From the IMG/VR virus record IMGVR_UViG_3300012665_001507: a DNA stretch of 64,000 nt; one strand, 5' to 3'. Origin of the DNA: a virus. Position numbers and translations under genes: made by a program. The first letter of the stretch is position 1, and each line of letters opens with the position of its first letter. This document shows, in pieces, positions 27,072 to 36,529 of this stretch. The notes under the pieces are model-generated. The model did not search any database, was not told the origin of the DNA, and saw only the letters and a list, made by a program, of their open reading frames with translations.

Positions 27072-27131
27072 TGGAACTGTCCAGACTTACAACTCTGCCT
27101 TTCGGCTGTCCAAGTTAAATGCCCTGTTCCA
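27072..27131 (-). ncRNA. Hairpin with two GGACA internal loops and a GAAA tetraloop
   Basis: TGGAAC..GTTCCA outer stem, GCC-GAAA-GGC cap. Confidence 0.55.
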
Positions 27132-27144
27132 TAATATCTTATCT

Positions 27145-27379
27145 CAAGATGGTTTTTTGTGTTTTTCATCCCAGCGGATTAACCCTTTTTACGTCTTCGG
27201 CTTTGCTTTGGCGAGAGTCTACTTTACTTCGACTACATCCTACTCGCACCTTTTGGGGTGGTCTGACGTTTGTTTGTTTTTTATACTGGTTAAACTTCCA
27301 TTTACCATGAAGAGCGATACTATCACTGTTCTTTTTTGGTTCTCATAGTTGTGTCTGTTTGGTTGCAGAACCCATCTTT
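27145..27379 (-). ncRNA. CWGCAA stem-closed ncRNA-like element C (long insert)
   Basis: AAAGATGG-GTTCTGCAA ...about 210 nt... CCATCTTG; first element after the promoter at 27434. Confidence 0.55.
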
Positions 27380-27482
27380 CTAGATAATGTTTTTTTTTTA
27401 ATAAAATTAAGAACGTTTTAAAATAAATATACACAAAGGTACGAATTTTTTATGTCCGTGTCAAGTTTTTTTGCAATTATTT

Positions 27483-27677
27483 TTATTTTTTTTTCACTTG
27501 GTCACGATAATCGACCAAAAACCCAATAAAAACGATGATATTCATCCCAAAAGATAATACGATTTCTGTGATGTCTTCATATATATTCATAGATAAATGT
27601 ACATGACCAACCACCCAAAATGGTATTGCCAAGTTTTGAGAAACCCATATTAATAAATACTTTAAAAAATGTAACAT
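27483..27677 (-). CDS. Small membrane protein
   Basis: Two hydrophobic segments. Confidence 0.55.
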   Translation of the reverse strand: MLHFLKYLLIWVSQNLAIPFWVVGHVHLSMNIYEDITEIVLSFGMNIIVFIGFLVDYRDQVKKK

Positions 27678-27683
27678 AAGTTA

Positions 27684-27896
27684 TTAATCAATAATTGTAA
27701 TTTTTTCTTTTTCTTCAACGACAACAAACACTTCTTGTTTTTATTTGTTTGAATTTTCAATGTTAAGAACAACATAATATTTTTCATCAAACAAAATGTA
27801 TTCATCCCTACTAGGGATAACTTCCATTTTAACATTTCTTTTTATCGGAATCCATTTACTATCTAAAATGGATATACTATATTTCTTTTTAAACAT
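27684..27896 (-). pseudogene. 70-codon ORF with internal TAA (or a 51-aa ORF)
   Basis: MFKKKYSISILDSKW...LNIENSNK*KQEVFVVVEEKEKITIID*; promoter at 27900. Confidence 0.4.
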
Positions 27897-27972
27897 AATC
27901 AAATATACGAATTAATTTCATTTAATCAAGTATTTATTATAAAAATAACACACAAATTAAAACTTAGAAAAC

Positions 27973-28041
27973 ATGGGATGCGGATGCGGAAAACCAAGAC
28001 CAGGAGTAGGTGGAGTGCCAACAACACCCCCAAGTAAATAA
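27973..28041 (+). CDS. 22-aa peptide MGCGCGKPRPGVGGVPTTPPSK
   Basis: Own TATTTAT motif upstream (about 27932), A-rich leader, terminator at 28059-28082. Confidence 0.6.
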   Translation: MGCGCGKPRPGVGGVPTTPPSK

Positions 28042-28058
28042 TACTCCTCAAAAAATTA

Positions 28059-28082
28059 AAGGACCTTTCGGGGTCCTTTTTT
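28059..28082 (+). terminator. Intrinsic terminator
   Basis: AAGGACCT-TTCG-GGGTCCTT followed by a T-run. Confidence 0.75.
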
Positions 28083-28169
28083 ATTTTAAACAAAAAACCC
28101 TCAACAAAGCGACTTGTCAAGGGTTGTAATTTCTACCCCAAAGGCGGGCTGGGGAGAATCAATGGTGAG

Positions 28170-28521
28170 TGGAGATAAGGGGAATCGAACCCCTGTGTTG
28201 AACATTCTTCAAAAGCTTTCTACATGTTTAGGTCATAGTTTGTGAAACTATCCGAAATTTTGCAACATTTACGGCTACTTGCTCTCCTAGTAGAGTACTA
28301 CCATCAATGGACTACCATTATTTAGTGGTTTACCACCATTTGCAATAATTAGGCTACTGCTACCTCTCCAGCGAAACTACATGTAGCTTCAGTAAGGAAA
28401 TTTTCTGATACGATAAAATCGTTGTCAATTCATTGTTTTAATAGACAGATTAAAGTGCTTCCAATCTAGCACTACATGCTTACAGTTTACGACTATATTC
28501 AGTCAATACCGTGGTATCCCC
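28170..28521 (-). ncRNA. ssrA: tmRNA
   Basis: 5' GGGGATA..TTGAC; 3' CAGGGGTTCGATTCCCCTTATCTCCA with G3:U70; internal ORF DNDFIVSENFLTEATCSFAGEVAVA* (28349-28426). Confidence 0.9.
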
Positions 28522-28637
28522 ATAAAATTAAAGAACTTGTGATTTATAAATATGTGAGTTCCGATTAAAAAACTCACATATCTTAAATCTTTCTACAAAG
28601 GTACGAACATTTTTTGCAAAATGCAAGCACTTTTGAA

Positions 28638-29360
28638 TTATTTTTTTGTTTTTGTTGTAATAATTCCATCAACAATACCGTAAGCCAAAGCTTCTTCAGC
28701 ATCTAACCATAAATCACGGCTAGCATCTTCCATAACTTGTTTTGGGTCTTTGTCAGTATATTGACCTAACAATCCAAATAACTTATCGTTATATTTCTCA
28801 CCTTCGGCAATTGAACGTCTAATGTCTTGAATGTTACCAGAAGCACCTGTTGATACTTGGTGTAACATAACTCTAGAGTTTGGTAACATGTAACGCTTAC
28901 CTTTGGTTCCAGCACCTAATAGGATACTACCCATACTTGCCGCCATACCTGTGTTGATAGTTACGATATCAGATGAGATGTAGTTCATTACGTCAACGAT
29001 TGATAACCCAGATTTAACTGAACCACCTGGACTGTCTACGTGAAGTGTGATATCTCTTACTTCTAAATTATCCATAAACATCAACTGTGCTTGCACCACT
29101 GTACTCATTCTATCGTTAACTGGACCAGCTAACCAAATGATTCTATCCATCATCAATCGAGAGAAGATATCCATTTGCGTTACACGCATTTCTCTTTCTT
29201 CCAAGATGTAAGGTGTCAAAGAAGCGTTAGCTCCTTGAAACGTTGACATAACGCTTGGGTTATATATTGAGTTTTGTAATCGTTCCCAATTAGCAAACTC
29301 ATATTCTGTAACACCAATATGTTTCGTGGCGTATTCTTTAAATTCGTTTGTGTAATTCAT
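28638..29360 (-). CDS. clpP: ATP-dependent Clp protease proteolytic subunit
   Basis: DIFSRLMMDRII, SPGGSV, AASMGS, MLHQ, RDLWL. Confidence 0.95.
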   Translation of the reverse strand: MNYTNEFKEYATKHIGVTEYEFANWERLQNSIYNPSVMSTFQGANASLTPYILEEREMRVTQMDIFSRLMMDRIIWLAGPVNDRMSTVVQAQLMFMDNLEVRDITLHVDSPGGSVKSGLSIVDVMNYISSDIVTINTGMAASMGSILLGAGTKGKRYMLPNSRVMLHQVSTGASGNIQDIRRSIAEGEKYNDKLFGLLGQYTDKDPKQVMEDASRDLWLDAEEALAYGIVDGIITTKTKK

Positions 29361-29373
29361 ATTTTTGTTTTTG

Positions 29374-29796
29374 TTAATTTAATTCTTCTGATTCTAAGAT
29401 TAAATGAATTGGTGTCATCGGCCCAACAAAACCACCAGCAATGTTGTAATCGAAATATTCTAACGCCATCAAGTATTTTGCTGATTCAATAGTTTCACCT
29501 TCAAATAACTCAGATTCATCTACTTCCATGTCATTCATTAACACTTTAAGTATTTTGGTTGTATCGTAAACAACAACACCCTCAAATGTTGGTCTATCCC
29601 AAGAATCGTATTTATCCTCATCTTCTTCAAAGGAATCATAAAATTCTTCACCTAACTTAATGTCCATTTCACCATTTGTGTCGTAAACAACAAGGGGGCC
29701 AAAATCAGTTCTTTTGGCCAACCCTATAATTGCTTCGTCTAAGTCATTCCATAAAATGGCATTAGGACTTAAACTTGCTACTTCATCCCTAGTCAT
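29374..29796 (-). CDS. Conserved phage hypothetical protein
   Basis: LDEAIIG...ALEYFDYNIAGGFVG..TP motif. Confidence 0.6.
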   Translation of the reverse strand: MTRDEVASLSPNAILWNDLDEAIIGLAKRTDFGPLVVYDTNGEMDIKLGEEFYDSFEEDEDKYDSWDRPTFEGVVVYDTTKILKVLMNDMEVDESELFEGETIESAKYLMALEYFDYNIAGGFVGPMTPIHLILESEELN

Positions 29797-30230
29797 TACT
29801 TGGTGATAGCAGCTACTTCATCCTCTTCTTGCTTTTCAGCATTATAAAGAGTTGTGATTGATTCTCTCAACACATTCCATTTATCAAATGTGTGTTTAGC
29901 TAAGATTCCACTAAACGTAACAACGTCTGGTTTGCTAATAACGATTCTGTCTTTTTCACCATCAAAATGAATACTTGATAATGATTCTTCAGCAACGATT
30001 GTTCTTTGCTCGTCAGTCAATTGGTCGAAAATCTTTTCGTTCAAAACAATGATGATATCATCACCAGTTCTGTACTTTAATAATTCGTTAGCTTTGTTAA
30101 CTTTAAAAATCTCTCTCGCTTTGTTGTTGGTTAAGATTGTAATGTTAACGAAATTAGATAACCCAGCTTGTTCAATCAACTGGTTATACAAATCTTGAGT
30201 TTCCTCAAACGGTTCTTCGTACTTTGCCAT
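29796..30230 (-). CDS. Hypothetical protein
   Basis: ORF track; promoter at about 30266. Confidence 0.65.
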   Translation of the reverse strand: MAKYEEPFEETQDLYNQLIEQAGLSNFVNITILTNNKAREIFKVNKANELLKYRTGDDIIIVLNEKIFDQLTDEQRTIVAEESLSSIHFDGEKDRIVISKPDVVTFSGILAKHTFDKWNVLRESITTLYNAEKQEEDEVAAITK

Positions 30231-30300
30231 TTTTCTTTTGTTTATTTATATTTGTTATGATTTATACAAAGGTACTATTTTATTTCTCTAGATGCAACCC

Positions 30301-30564
30301 CTAAAGGAAAAAATTTACCAAATCTTTGTTTTCTTCAATTATTTTATCTATGATTGGTCTAAGGTTTTTGATTATTTTAGACCTAATCGCCTCATCTTTG
30401 AAATACCAGTCACATTTTACTTCATCCCAATACCAAGTAACAACACGATTCTCATCTTTGCGATAATCCCAATATTCTTCAGTCTTAGATTCTAAGACCA
30501 TATTTTTCATCATGTCGTTTATGTGTTCCCTAAGAACATTTTCTAACTCATCCTTCGGTATCAC
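30301..30564 (-). CDS. Hypothetical protein
   Basis: Overlaps the dnaJ end. Confidence 0.5.
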   Translation of the reverse strand: MIPKDELENVLREHINDMMKNMVLESKTEEYWDYRKDENRVVTWYWDEVKCDWYFKDEAIRSKIIKNLRPIIDKIIEENKDLVNFFL

Positions 30565-31591
30565 CGTTTATTTTTTCTTTTAGGTTGATTACCGCCTCTT
30601 TAACGCTATCTGATGGGTTTTTCGGTATATCTACTCCCAAAGTAACAATAACGTCTCCACGGCTCTCTTTTCCGTATAATTTGATACCTTTGAATGGTAC
30701 TCTTAAGTTAGAACCAACATCACTACCTTCTGGAACACTCATTCTAATCTTACCACCTTCAATTGTATCGATTTCAATCTTATCCCCTAACACCAATTGA
30801 TGATAGTTTACTTTAAGGTTGAGTTTTAAGTCAGCACCACTTCTAACATATGTTTTGTGAGGCAACTCCATAATTTTAATATGTAAATCACCTTCAATAC
30901 CAGATTTAACGCCATGACCTTTACCATTCATAACGAAGGCCATGCCTTCTTGAACACCAGCTGGTATCTCAACTTCAATAGTTTCCTCAACATTTTTTAA
31001 CCCTTTACCACCACATGATTTACATGCAGTTGTATATTTTTTACCAGTTGCATCACACGATGTACACGCAGATTGTTGTTGAACGTAACCCATAGGTGTT
31101 TGGAATACTTGCGTTCTCACACCAGTACCATTACAATCTGAACAATCGTGGGTGTCTGTACCACCGTGACTACCGCAGTCGACACAACCAATATTTCTAG
31201 TATATTTGTATGTTTTTTTAACACCAGTAAAGATTTCCTCTAAAGTTAATTTAAGAATTAAACTCATGTTGCTACCCACTCTAACACTAGGTTGTTGAGT
31301 TTGTCTGCCGAACATATGACCAAATTGTTCATATATGTCTTGCATGTTTCTACCACCAAAACCATTATTATCACCACCGTGACCAAATCTATCATATTTT
31401 GCTTTCTTGTCAGCATCAGATAGGTATTCATAAGCTTCAGATATCTCTTTAAATTTATTTTCAGCTTCTTTATCACCTTGGTTTTTGTCTGGATGGAACT
31501 CTTTTGCTAATTTTCGATAAGCTTTTTTAATTTCATCTGGTTGTGCACCTTTTTGTACACCCAAAACTTCGTAATAATCTCTTTTGCTCAT
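30548..31591 (-). CDS. dnaJ: DnaJ chaperone
   Basis: [13 protein letters not shown] region, four CxxCxxxG zinc repeats. Confidence 0.95.
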   Translation of the reverse strand: MSKRDYYEVLGVQKGAQPDEIKKAYRKLAKEFHPDKNQGDKEAENKFKEISEAYEYLSDADKKAKYDRFGHGGDNNGFGGRNMQDIYEQFGHMFGRQTQQPSVRVGSNMSLILKLTLEEIFTGVKKTYKYTRNIGCVDCGSHGGTDTHDCSDCNGTGVRTQVFQTPMGYVQQQSACTSCDATGKKYTTACKSCGGKGLKNVEETIEVEIPAGVQEGMAFVMNGKGHGVKSGIEGDLHIKIMELPHKTYVRSGADLKLNLKVNYHQLVLGDKIEIDTIEGGKIRMSVPEGSDVGSNLRVPFKGIKLYGKESRGDVIVTLGVDIPKNPSDSVKEAVINLKEKINGDTEG

Positions 31592-31649
31592 AATAAGTCT
31601 TTATTTTTATACAAAAGTACGTAAATTAATCCAATAAAACAAATTTTTA

Positions 31650-32309
31650 TTGGAATATCGAGTAATTTTATTATCTAACGGTGTTTTTAAGAAGACTTTA
31701 CATAAGTCTAAAACACCACAGACAGCTTTTCTTAACTATCACAAGATTAAAGAAGAGAATAACGTGTTATACCCCAAAAAATTTATAAATAGCCTAGGTA
31801 TAAAACCAGTTAAATATCAAATTTGTGTTACTAAAACAACAGAAGAAGGTGATACATTTAGAATACTTAGGGATGATTATGGTAAACTATACACAGAAAA
31901 ACCAATAGGTGATTGGACAATATTAGATTCTGATAGTTATCAATTAGAAGAAACGTTTTACATATACAAATATGAGGTTAAAGATGGTCAAAGACCTAAC
32001 ATAACTGAAGTGGTAAAAAGACTTATGGTAAATGCTCACGCTAAAAAATCAGTGAAACAAATCATAGTCGTTTATAACAAACTGATAATCTATAATGAGG
32101 AACAGTTTGATATGGTACTATGTAAGAACTTAGAAGACGCACAAAGATTACACCACACACTAGCCAAGATTGCAAAGAAACAAAAGATTAAAAGTCTTAT
32201 GTTTATGGGTACCGCATCTCCAGCAACCATAAGTAGAATGTATGATATGATACACGAAGAAACTGGTTGGCCTTATATTAAAATAAGAAGGACCAGTACA
32301 CGTCCGTAG
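31650..32309 (+). CDS. Hypothetical protein
   Basis: 219-aa ORF, TTG start. Confidence 0.6.
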   Translation: MEYRVILLSNGVFKKTLHKSKTPQTAFLNYHKIKEENNVLYPKKFINSLGIKPVKYQICVTKTTEEGDTFRILRDDYGKLYTEKPIGDWTILDSDSYQLEETFYIYKYEVKDGQRPNITEVVKRLMVNAHAKKSVKQIIVVYNKLIIYNEEQFDMVLCKNLEDAQRLHHTLAKIAKKQKIKSLMFMGTASPATISRMYDMIHEETGWPYIKIRRTSTRP

Positions 32310-32324
32310 TACCAGTCCTTATTT

Positions 32325-32516
32325 TTATTTGAAAAGTCCTTCTAGTTTCCCAACCAAAACAGCAATCCTTGCATTGTTTCGATTAATAACCTCTTGAAGG
32401 TGTTGTGGAATATTAGTTACATATTCTGATTTAATTTTAGAGTTCTCTCTCTGTAGCATATCGCTTTCTCTAACACATTCGTCATAGATAATAGCTTTTT
32501 GGTTATTGTCCATCAT
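32325..32516 (-). CDS. Hypothetical protein
   Basis: ORF track. Confidence 0.55.
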   Translation of the reverse strand: MMDNNQKAIIYDECVRESDMLQRENSKIKSEYVTNIPQHLQEVINRNNARIAVLVGKLEGLFK

Positions 32517-32880
32517 TTAAAAAATTTTCTATTTTTATTAAACCATCAAACCCAGATTGATTTTTGCTGGATAAAACAATTTCATTATTGTTTAGGTTTT
32601 CATCAAATACTATTTTGTAATGTGCTAGATATTTGTTTTTGCCTTTTGTTCTATAAAATAACATGTGTTGAAGCATTGAATCGTGAACTAGCGGATGAGC
32701 CGTAATTGTGTCAAATTCAATAACTGTTTCTTGAAACGCTGTAGCTATTTTATTTCTCAACATATTGACCATAGTCAATAATGTAGAATTCCAATCAAAT
32801 TGTGCGGTATATGAGTCTAATGTTGGCCATGATTCTTTCCAACCTAGATAATCCCATGTCAATGCAATTTTTGTATTCAT
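32503..32880 (-). CDS. Hypothetical protein
   Basis: ORF track, coupled. Confidence 0.55.
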   Translation of the reverse strand: MNTKIALTWDYLGWKESWPTLDSYTAQFDWNSTLLTMVNMLRNKIATAFQETVIEFDTITAHPLVHDSMLQHMLFYRTKGKNKYLAHYKIVFDENLNNNEIVLSSKNQSGFDGLIKIENFLNDGQ

Positions 32881-33233
32881 TAGTCACAGTTGCATTTACC
32901 ATCTGGGTTTTCACCGCAATCACATGGTTTTACTTCTTCACCTATCTCGATATCTTCATCTGCGACATCGATGTCTAGTCCTACTGCAAAACTTTCTTTG
33001 ATTTCTTCAACCATCTTATTGATTTTTTCCATGTCAGCTTCTGCTACGACAAGTGGATTGATGCACTCAATTCTTTCCTCACCTTTGGTTGGTAAGAAGA
33101 ATGCTAAAGCGTTAGCGTTTTTATGAGCTAACAAATTGTTTACCGATTCAGCGAATGGCTGAATAATTTCTGGCATTTTCATCATATCTGCATCCAAGTA
33201 GAATACGATGATTAGTGGATAACTTTCTTTCAT
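32880..33233 (-). CDS. Hypothetical protein with Cys-rich C-terminus
   Basis: Ends CDCGENPDGKCNCD. Confidence 0.6.
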   Translation of the reverse strand: MKESYPLIIVFYLDADMMKMPEIIQPFAESVNNLLAHKNANALAFFLPTKGEERIECINPLVVAEADMEKINKMVEEIKESFAVGLDIDVADEDIEIGEEVKPCDCGENPDGKCNCD

Positions 33234-33238
33234 TTGTT

Positions 33239-33478
33239 TTATTTATTATATGTTGTTATTTCTTCAATGATTTCATTTAATACGGAGTTGTTCAATGGTG
33301 TAGCTATTTCTAAAAGAAGCATATTTACTCTTTCTTTTTTAGCTTGATTACCAATTTCATTAAAACATTGGGTATTGATTCCATCAACTGTTACATATAT
33401 TAAATACTCACTAATGTAGTTTTTTCCCCTTTTTCGACTATAAAATCGGTCAATTTCTTTTACTATGATTTTTTGCAT
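33239..33478 (-). CDS. Hypothetical protein
   Basis: Likely start MQKIIVK. Confidence 0.45.
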   Translation of the reverse strand: MQKIIVKEIDRFYSRKRGKNYISEYLIYVTVDGINTQCFNEIGNQAKKERVNMLLLEIATPLNNSVLNEIIEEITTYNK

Positions 33479-33571
33479 TGTTTGAATTTTCACAACAATA
33501 CCCAAAAATTTTAAACATGTAAAGTCTATAAACAAAAAAAACCTCATAAAGAGGTTTTTTATACTAATTCA

Positions 33572-33706
33572 CAAGATGCGGGGGCATTTACTTCAAACCC
33601 TGTTAGAAGGTTTGCACATTAAAAAAAAATTGTTAGAGGTCGTGCACACCTACGTTGTCTATGTAGCTAATTGAATTTTTGTAGTTTGCTTGCTGCATAC
33701 ACCTTT
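33572..33706 (-). ncRNA. CWGCAA stem-closed ncRNA-like element D
   Basis: AAAGGTGT-ATGCAGCAA...GCATCTTG; directly downstream of the TROVE/vWA gene, followed by a terminator at 33534-33560. Confidence 0.6.
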
Positions 33707-33758
33707 TAGCCGAATTAGTATTAGATAAGTTGCGGGGCAGTTTCCCACCCCACCCTTA

Positions 33759-35210
33759 TTAAACCGTTACTACAGAGTAACGTTCAGAGTCGATAACTGA
33801 CATCATCATTGAGATTGGTGTCATGTCTTTACCACCTAACAAGTTAGTAAGTAAAGCTGGGCTGAACCCAGATACCAAAGCAGTACCATTCGTATCGAAG
33901 TGAACTGGTTTGTTGTTATCGCCCCTAGATTGGATGTTCCAATATACGATGTTAGGCATTTTGTACCCAGCATCTTCGTACATTGTACGAATCATCTCTT
34001 GAGCAGTTGGATTCCAAGCACTAGTGCTACGGTAACCGTTAGTTGCCGAATTGAATTCCATATCTGACAAGATAAGAATCATCGTTGGCATCTCATCCTC
34101 AGAAACATTCGAAGCTTTTGCTTTTGACAACACAAGCTTGAATACTGCCTCTAAGTTTGTAGACATCGCCCAATCAGCTCTCGCTAATTGATTGTATCTC
34201 TCGTTCAACGAACCCTTAAGGATTTGAAGAGTTGGAGATTCAGAGAACGTTACGAAAGCGTCTTGGAATGGACCAACGTTTCTTTCAGAGATGTATAACC
34301 CCAAAGAGATTGCTACATCCATACAAGTTACGTTAGCGTTTCCACCCGCAGCGGTTTCCATTGACCCCGAAACGTCAACAACTGGAAGTACTCTTTCCGC
34401 ACTACCTTCCATAAAGTTAGGTAAAGCATCCCATTGTACATTAGCACCTTTGGTATTACCTTGTTTAAGGTTTTTCACGATGTCGTATGGGTACACCGCA
34501 CCAGCGTTAATTTTAGCTTCCCCTTTCTCAACCGAAGTTAAGTAAGATTGGAAACGTTCCAAGTCATTCTTTGAGAACGCTTTCATCAAGTCACTCATTG
34601 CTTTTGAAGGCAATTTAGAGTACTCAATTTTAGACCACTCTTTAGCACACATCAATTGCTCAACGGTGTTAGAGTTTTCAGCTAACAATTTACGGTACTC
34701 TTTTGGAGTTAACCCTAAATGTTTTCTCAAAGCAGTTGCCCATCTTTTCTTTTCACGGTTTTCTACGTTTGGACGTGGCATCCATTTAGCACAAAGACCA
34801 TCTTTGTTATTCAAAGCTGTAGCGATTAACGCCAAAGCATCAGACTCCAAAGCTGTCCCAACAAGCACTAACAAGTCATCCCAACGACCAAACTCATTAA
34901 TCAAGTGCAAGTTTTTACGTAACGTTTCCGTTCTGTTTTCAGCTAAGTATTCGATGATATCACGGAAAACTTTACGTTCCCCAGCACCACCTCTTACGTC
35001 ACGTGCCCAGAATAAAAGACGCATCGCAGTCAACGTATCTTCACTAAATGCTTTGGTGAAAACGTTGATTAAACGTTGTTTGTCTTGACCTCTCATAGCC
35101 CCAATCTGGAAGAATAAATCAACACAGTGGTTCAATGAAGAAGAATTAGTAGACATTCCGTTTTCAGTTAACGAATTTTTTGTTTGCATAGCATTTAATA
35201 ATGTACTCAT
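33759..35210 (-). CDS. DUF2828-like TROVE/Ro60-related protein with vWA domain
   Basis: TENG, RDVRGGAGER, GRWDDL, AKWMPR helical region; DVSGSM MIDAS, SDMEF, YWN, SGFS. Confidence 0.8.
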   Translation of the reverse strand: MSTLLNAMQTKNSLTENGMSTNSSSLNHCVDLFFQIGAMRGQDKQRLINVFTKAFSEDTLTAMRLLFWARDVRGGAGERKVFRDIIEYLAENRTETLRKNLHLINEFGRWDDLLVLVGTALESDALALIATALNNKDGLCAKWMPRPNVENREKKRWATALRKHLGLTPKEYRKLLAENSNTVEQLMCAKEWSKIEYSKLPSKAMSDLMKAFSKNDLERFQSYLTSVEKGEAKINAGAVYPYDIVKNLKQGNTKGANVQWDALPNFMEGSAERVLPVVDVSGSMETAAGGNANVTCMDVAISLGLYISERNVGPFQDAFVTFSESPTLQILKGSLNERYNQLARADWAMSTNLEAVFKLVLSKAKASNVSEDEMPTMILILSDMEFNSATNGYRSTSAWNPTAQEMIRTMYEDAGYKMPNIVYWNIQSRGDNNKPVHFDTNGTALVSGFSPALLTNLLGGKDMTPISMMMSVIDSERYSVVTV

Positions 35211-35312
35211 GATTAATGATTTTAGAATTTTAGTTATTTATTTAAGTGGTACAAAGGTACGAACTTAATTCTCGTTTTGCAAGTTTTTTTTAAACTTTTT
35301 TTAAAATATTTT

Positions 35313-35837
35313 TTAAATCTTTGTCAACCAAGCAATTACAGTGTTTGTCGTGTTTTGAATATTGTGAAACTCAGCTTGAGATATCGCAGCATCTGAAACA
35401 AAATAAAAACCAACCTGTGCACTATAATGACTACCACCAAATGGTTGGAAGTAATACAAAGAAAGTGTTTTGTTTGTTGAAGCAACACCAGCTGTTAATT
35501 GATACGGTCTGACCGCCCCATTGTTTAATGTGTAGTTGTTATTTGACACAAAACGAATAGTATCGTTAGGGTATGATGTAGAAAAAGCGGTAACCACTTT
35601 TGTCAGAACCCATGTTGTACCAACCAATTCGTTGCTAGTAGGTGTTGTACCCCAGTTAGGTAATGTACCACCATTTCCGTATTGGTCTTGCCAATTTGTT
35701 GTATCAGTAACTGGTGGTGTCCCAGGACCGTAATTACCAGGTGTTATCTCATCTTTACTACAACTAGTAATTAACATTGCTAATAACACAAATAGTATGG
35801 CAACAATAGCCCATCTTTTAAAATTAGAATTTTCCAT
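35313..35837 (-). CDS. Lipoprotein
   Basis: Signal peptide with ITSC lipobox, then SKDE; LVGTTW lipocalin-like motif. Confidence 0.65.
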   Translation of the reverse strand: MENSNFKRWAIVAILFVLLAMLITSCSKDEITPGNYGPGTPPVTDTTNWQDQYGNGGTLPNWGTTPTSNELVGTTWVLTKVVTAFSTSYPNDTIRFVSNNNYTLNNGAVRPYQLTAGVASTNKTLSLYYFQPFGGSHYSAQVGFYFVSDAAISQAEFHNIQNTTNTVIAWLTKI

Positions 35838-35887
35838 TTTTATTAATTTAGATTACAAAGGTAGTAAATGTTTTTGTAACTACCAAA

Positions 35888-36502
35888 TTATTTTACAAAA
35901 TTTCTAATATATTTTGTTCTATGGTATCTATTGGCCCCGATTTCTTTAAGTGCAGCAATATGGTCTGGTGTCAAATAACCTTTGTTGCCTTCCCAATTAT
36001 ACTTCGGAAATTTTTCACCCAACTTGGTCATATACTCATCACGTCTAACCTTAGCAACAATAGCAGCTGCTGCTATACATGTATACGTATCATCACCTTT
36101 AGGTACTAGCGTCATCATGTGGTCATACTTTTCTTCATCAGAGTATGTTTCCCATGCAACACCATCAACAAGGATGTGTTGTGGTTTAACATTTAATTCT
36201 GCCAAACATTTATACATTGTTTTGTATGTTGCTTTATCGATACCCATTTCATTGATATCACCGACAGACCCAGCATTGCATGAAACACTAATAGCGTTAT
36301 CCATTATTAGTTTGTACGCTTCATCTCTTTGTTTTGGTGAAAGTTTTTTTGAATCTCTGATAAGTGGTGACTTAAAACCTTTCGGCATAATAACAGCAGC
36401 CGTTACTACAGGACCAGCACCACAGCCTCGTCCAACCTCATCTAACCCAGCAACAAATTCAAAGTCACCGTAATCTTCTAATATTTTTTTCTCTTTTGCC
36501 AT
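35888..36502 (-). CDS. rnhB: Ribonuclease HII
   Basis: GLDEVGRG, DSKKL, VDG, KGD, AAIVAKVRRD, NKGY. Confidence 0.95.
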   Translation of the reverse strand: MAKEKKILEDYGDFEFVAGLDEVGRGCGAGPVVTAAVIMPKGFKSPLIRDSKKLSPKQRDEAYKLIMDNAISVSCNAGSVGDINEMGIDKATYKTMYKCLAELNVKPQHILVDGVAWETYSDEEKYDHMMTLVPKGDDTYTCIAAAAIVAKVRRDEYMTKLGEKFPKYNWEGNKGYLTPDHIAALKEIGANRYHRTKYIRNFVK

Positions 36503-36529
36503 ATCACAAAGGTACTAAAAATATTTTAA

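Noticed and set aside
27072-27131. Possible self-cleaving ribozyme or SRP RNA
   Set aside because: Could not find hammerhead, twister, pistol or SRP consensus cores by eye
26978-27434. Four 63-64 aa ORFs
   Set aside because: Mutually overlapping, no recognisable motifs, and coincide with structured RNA elements
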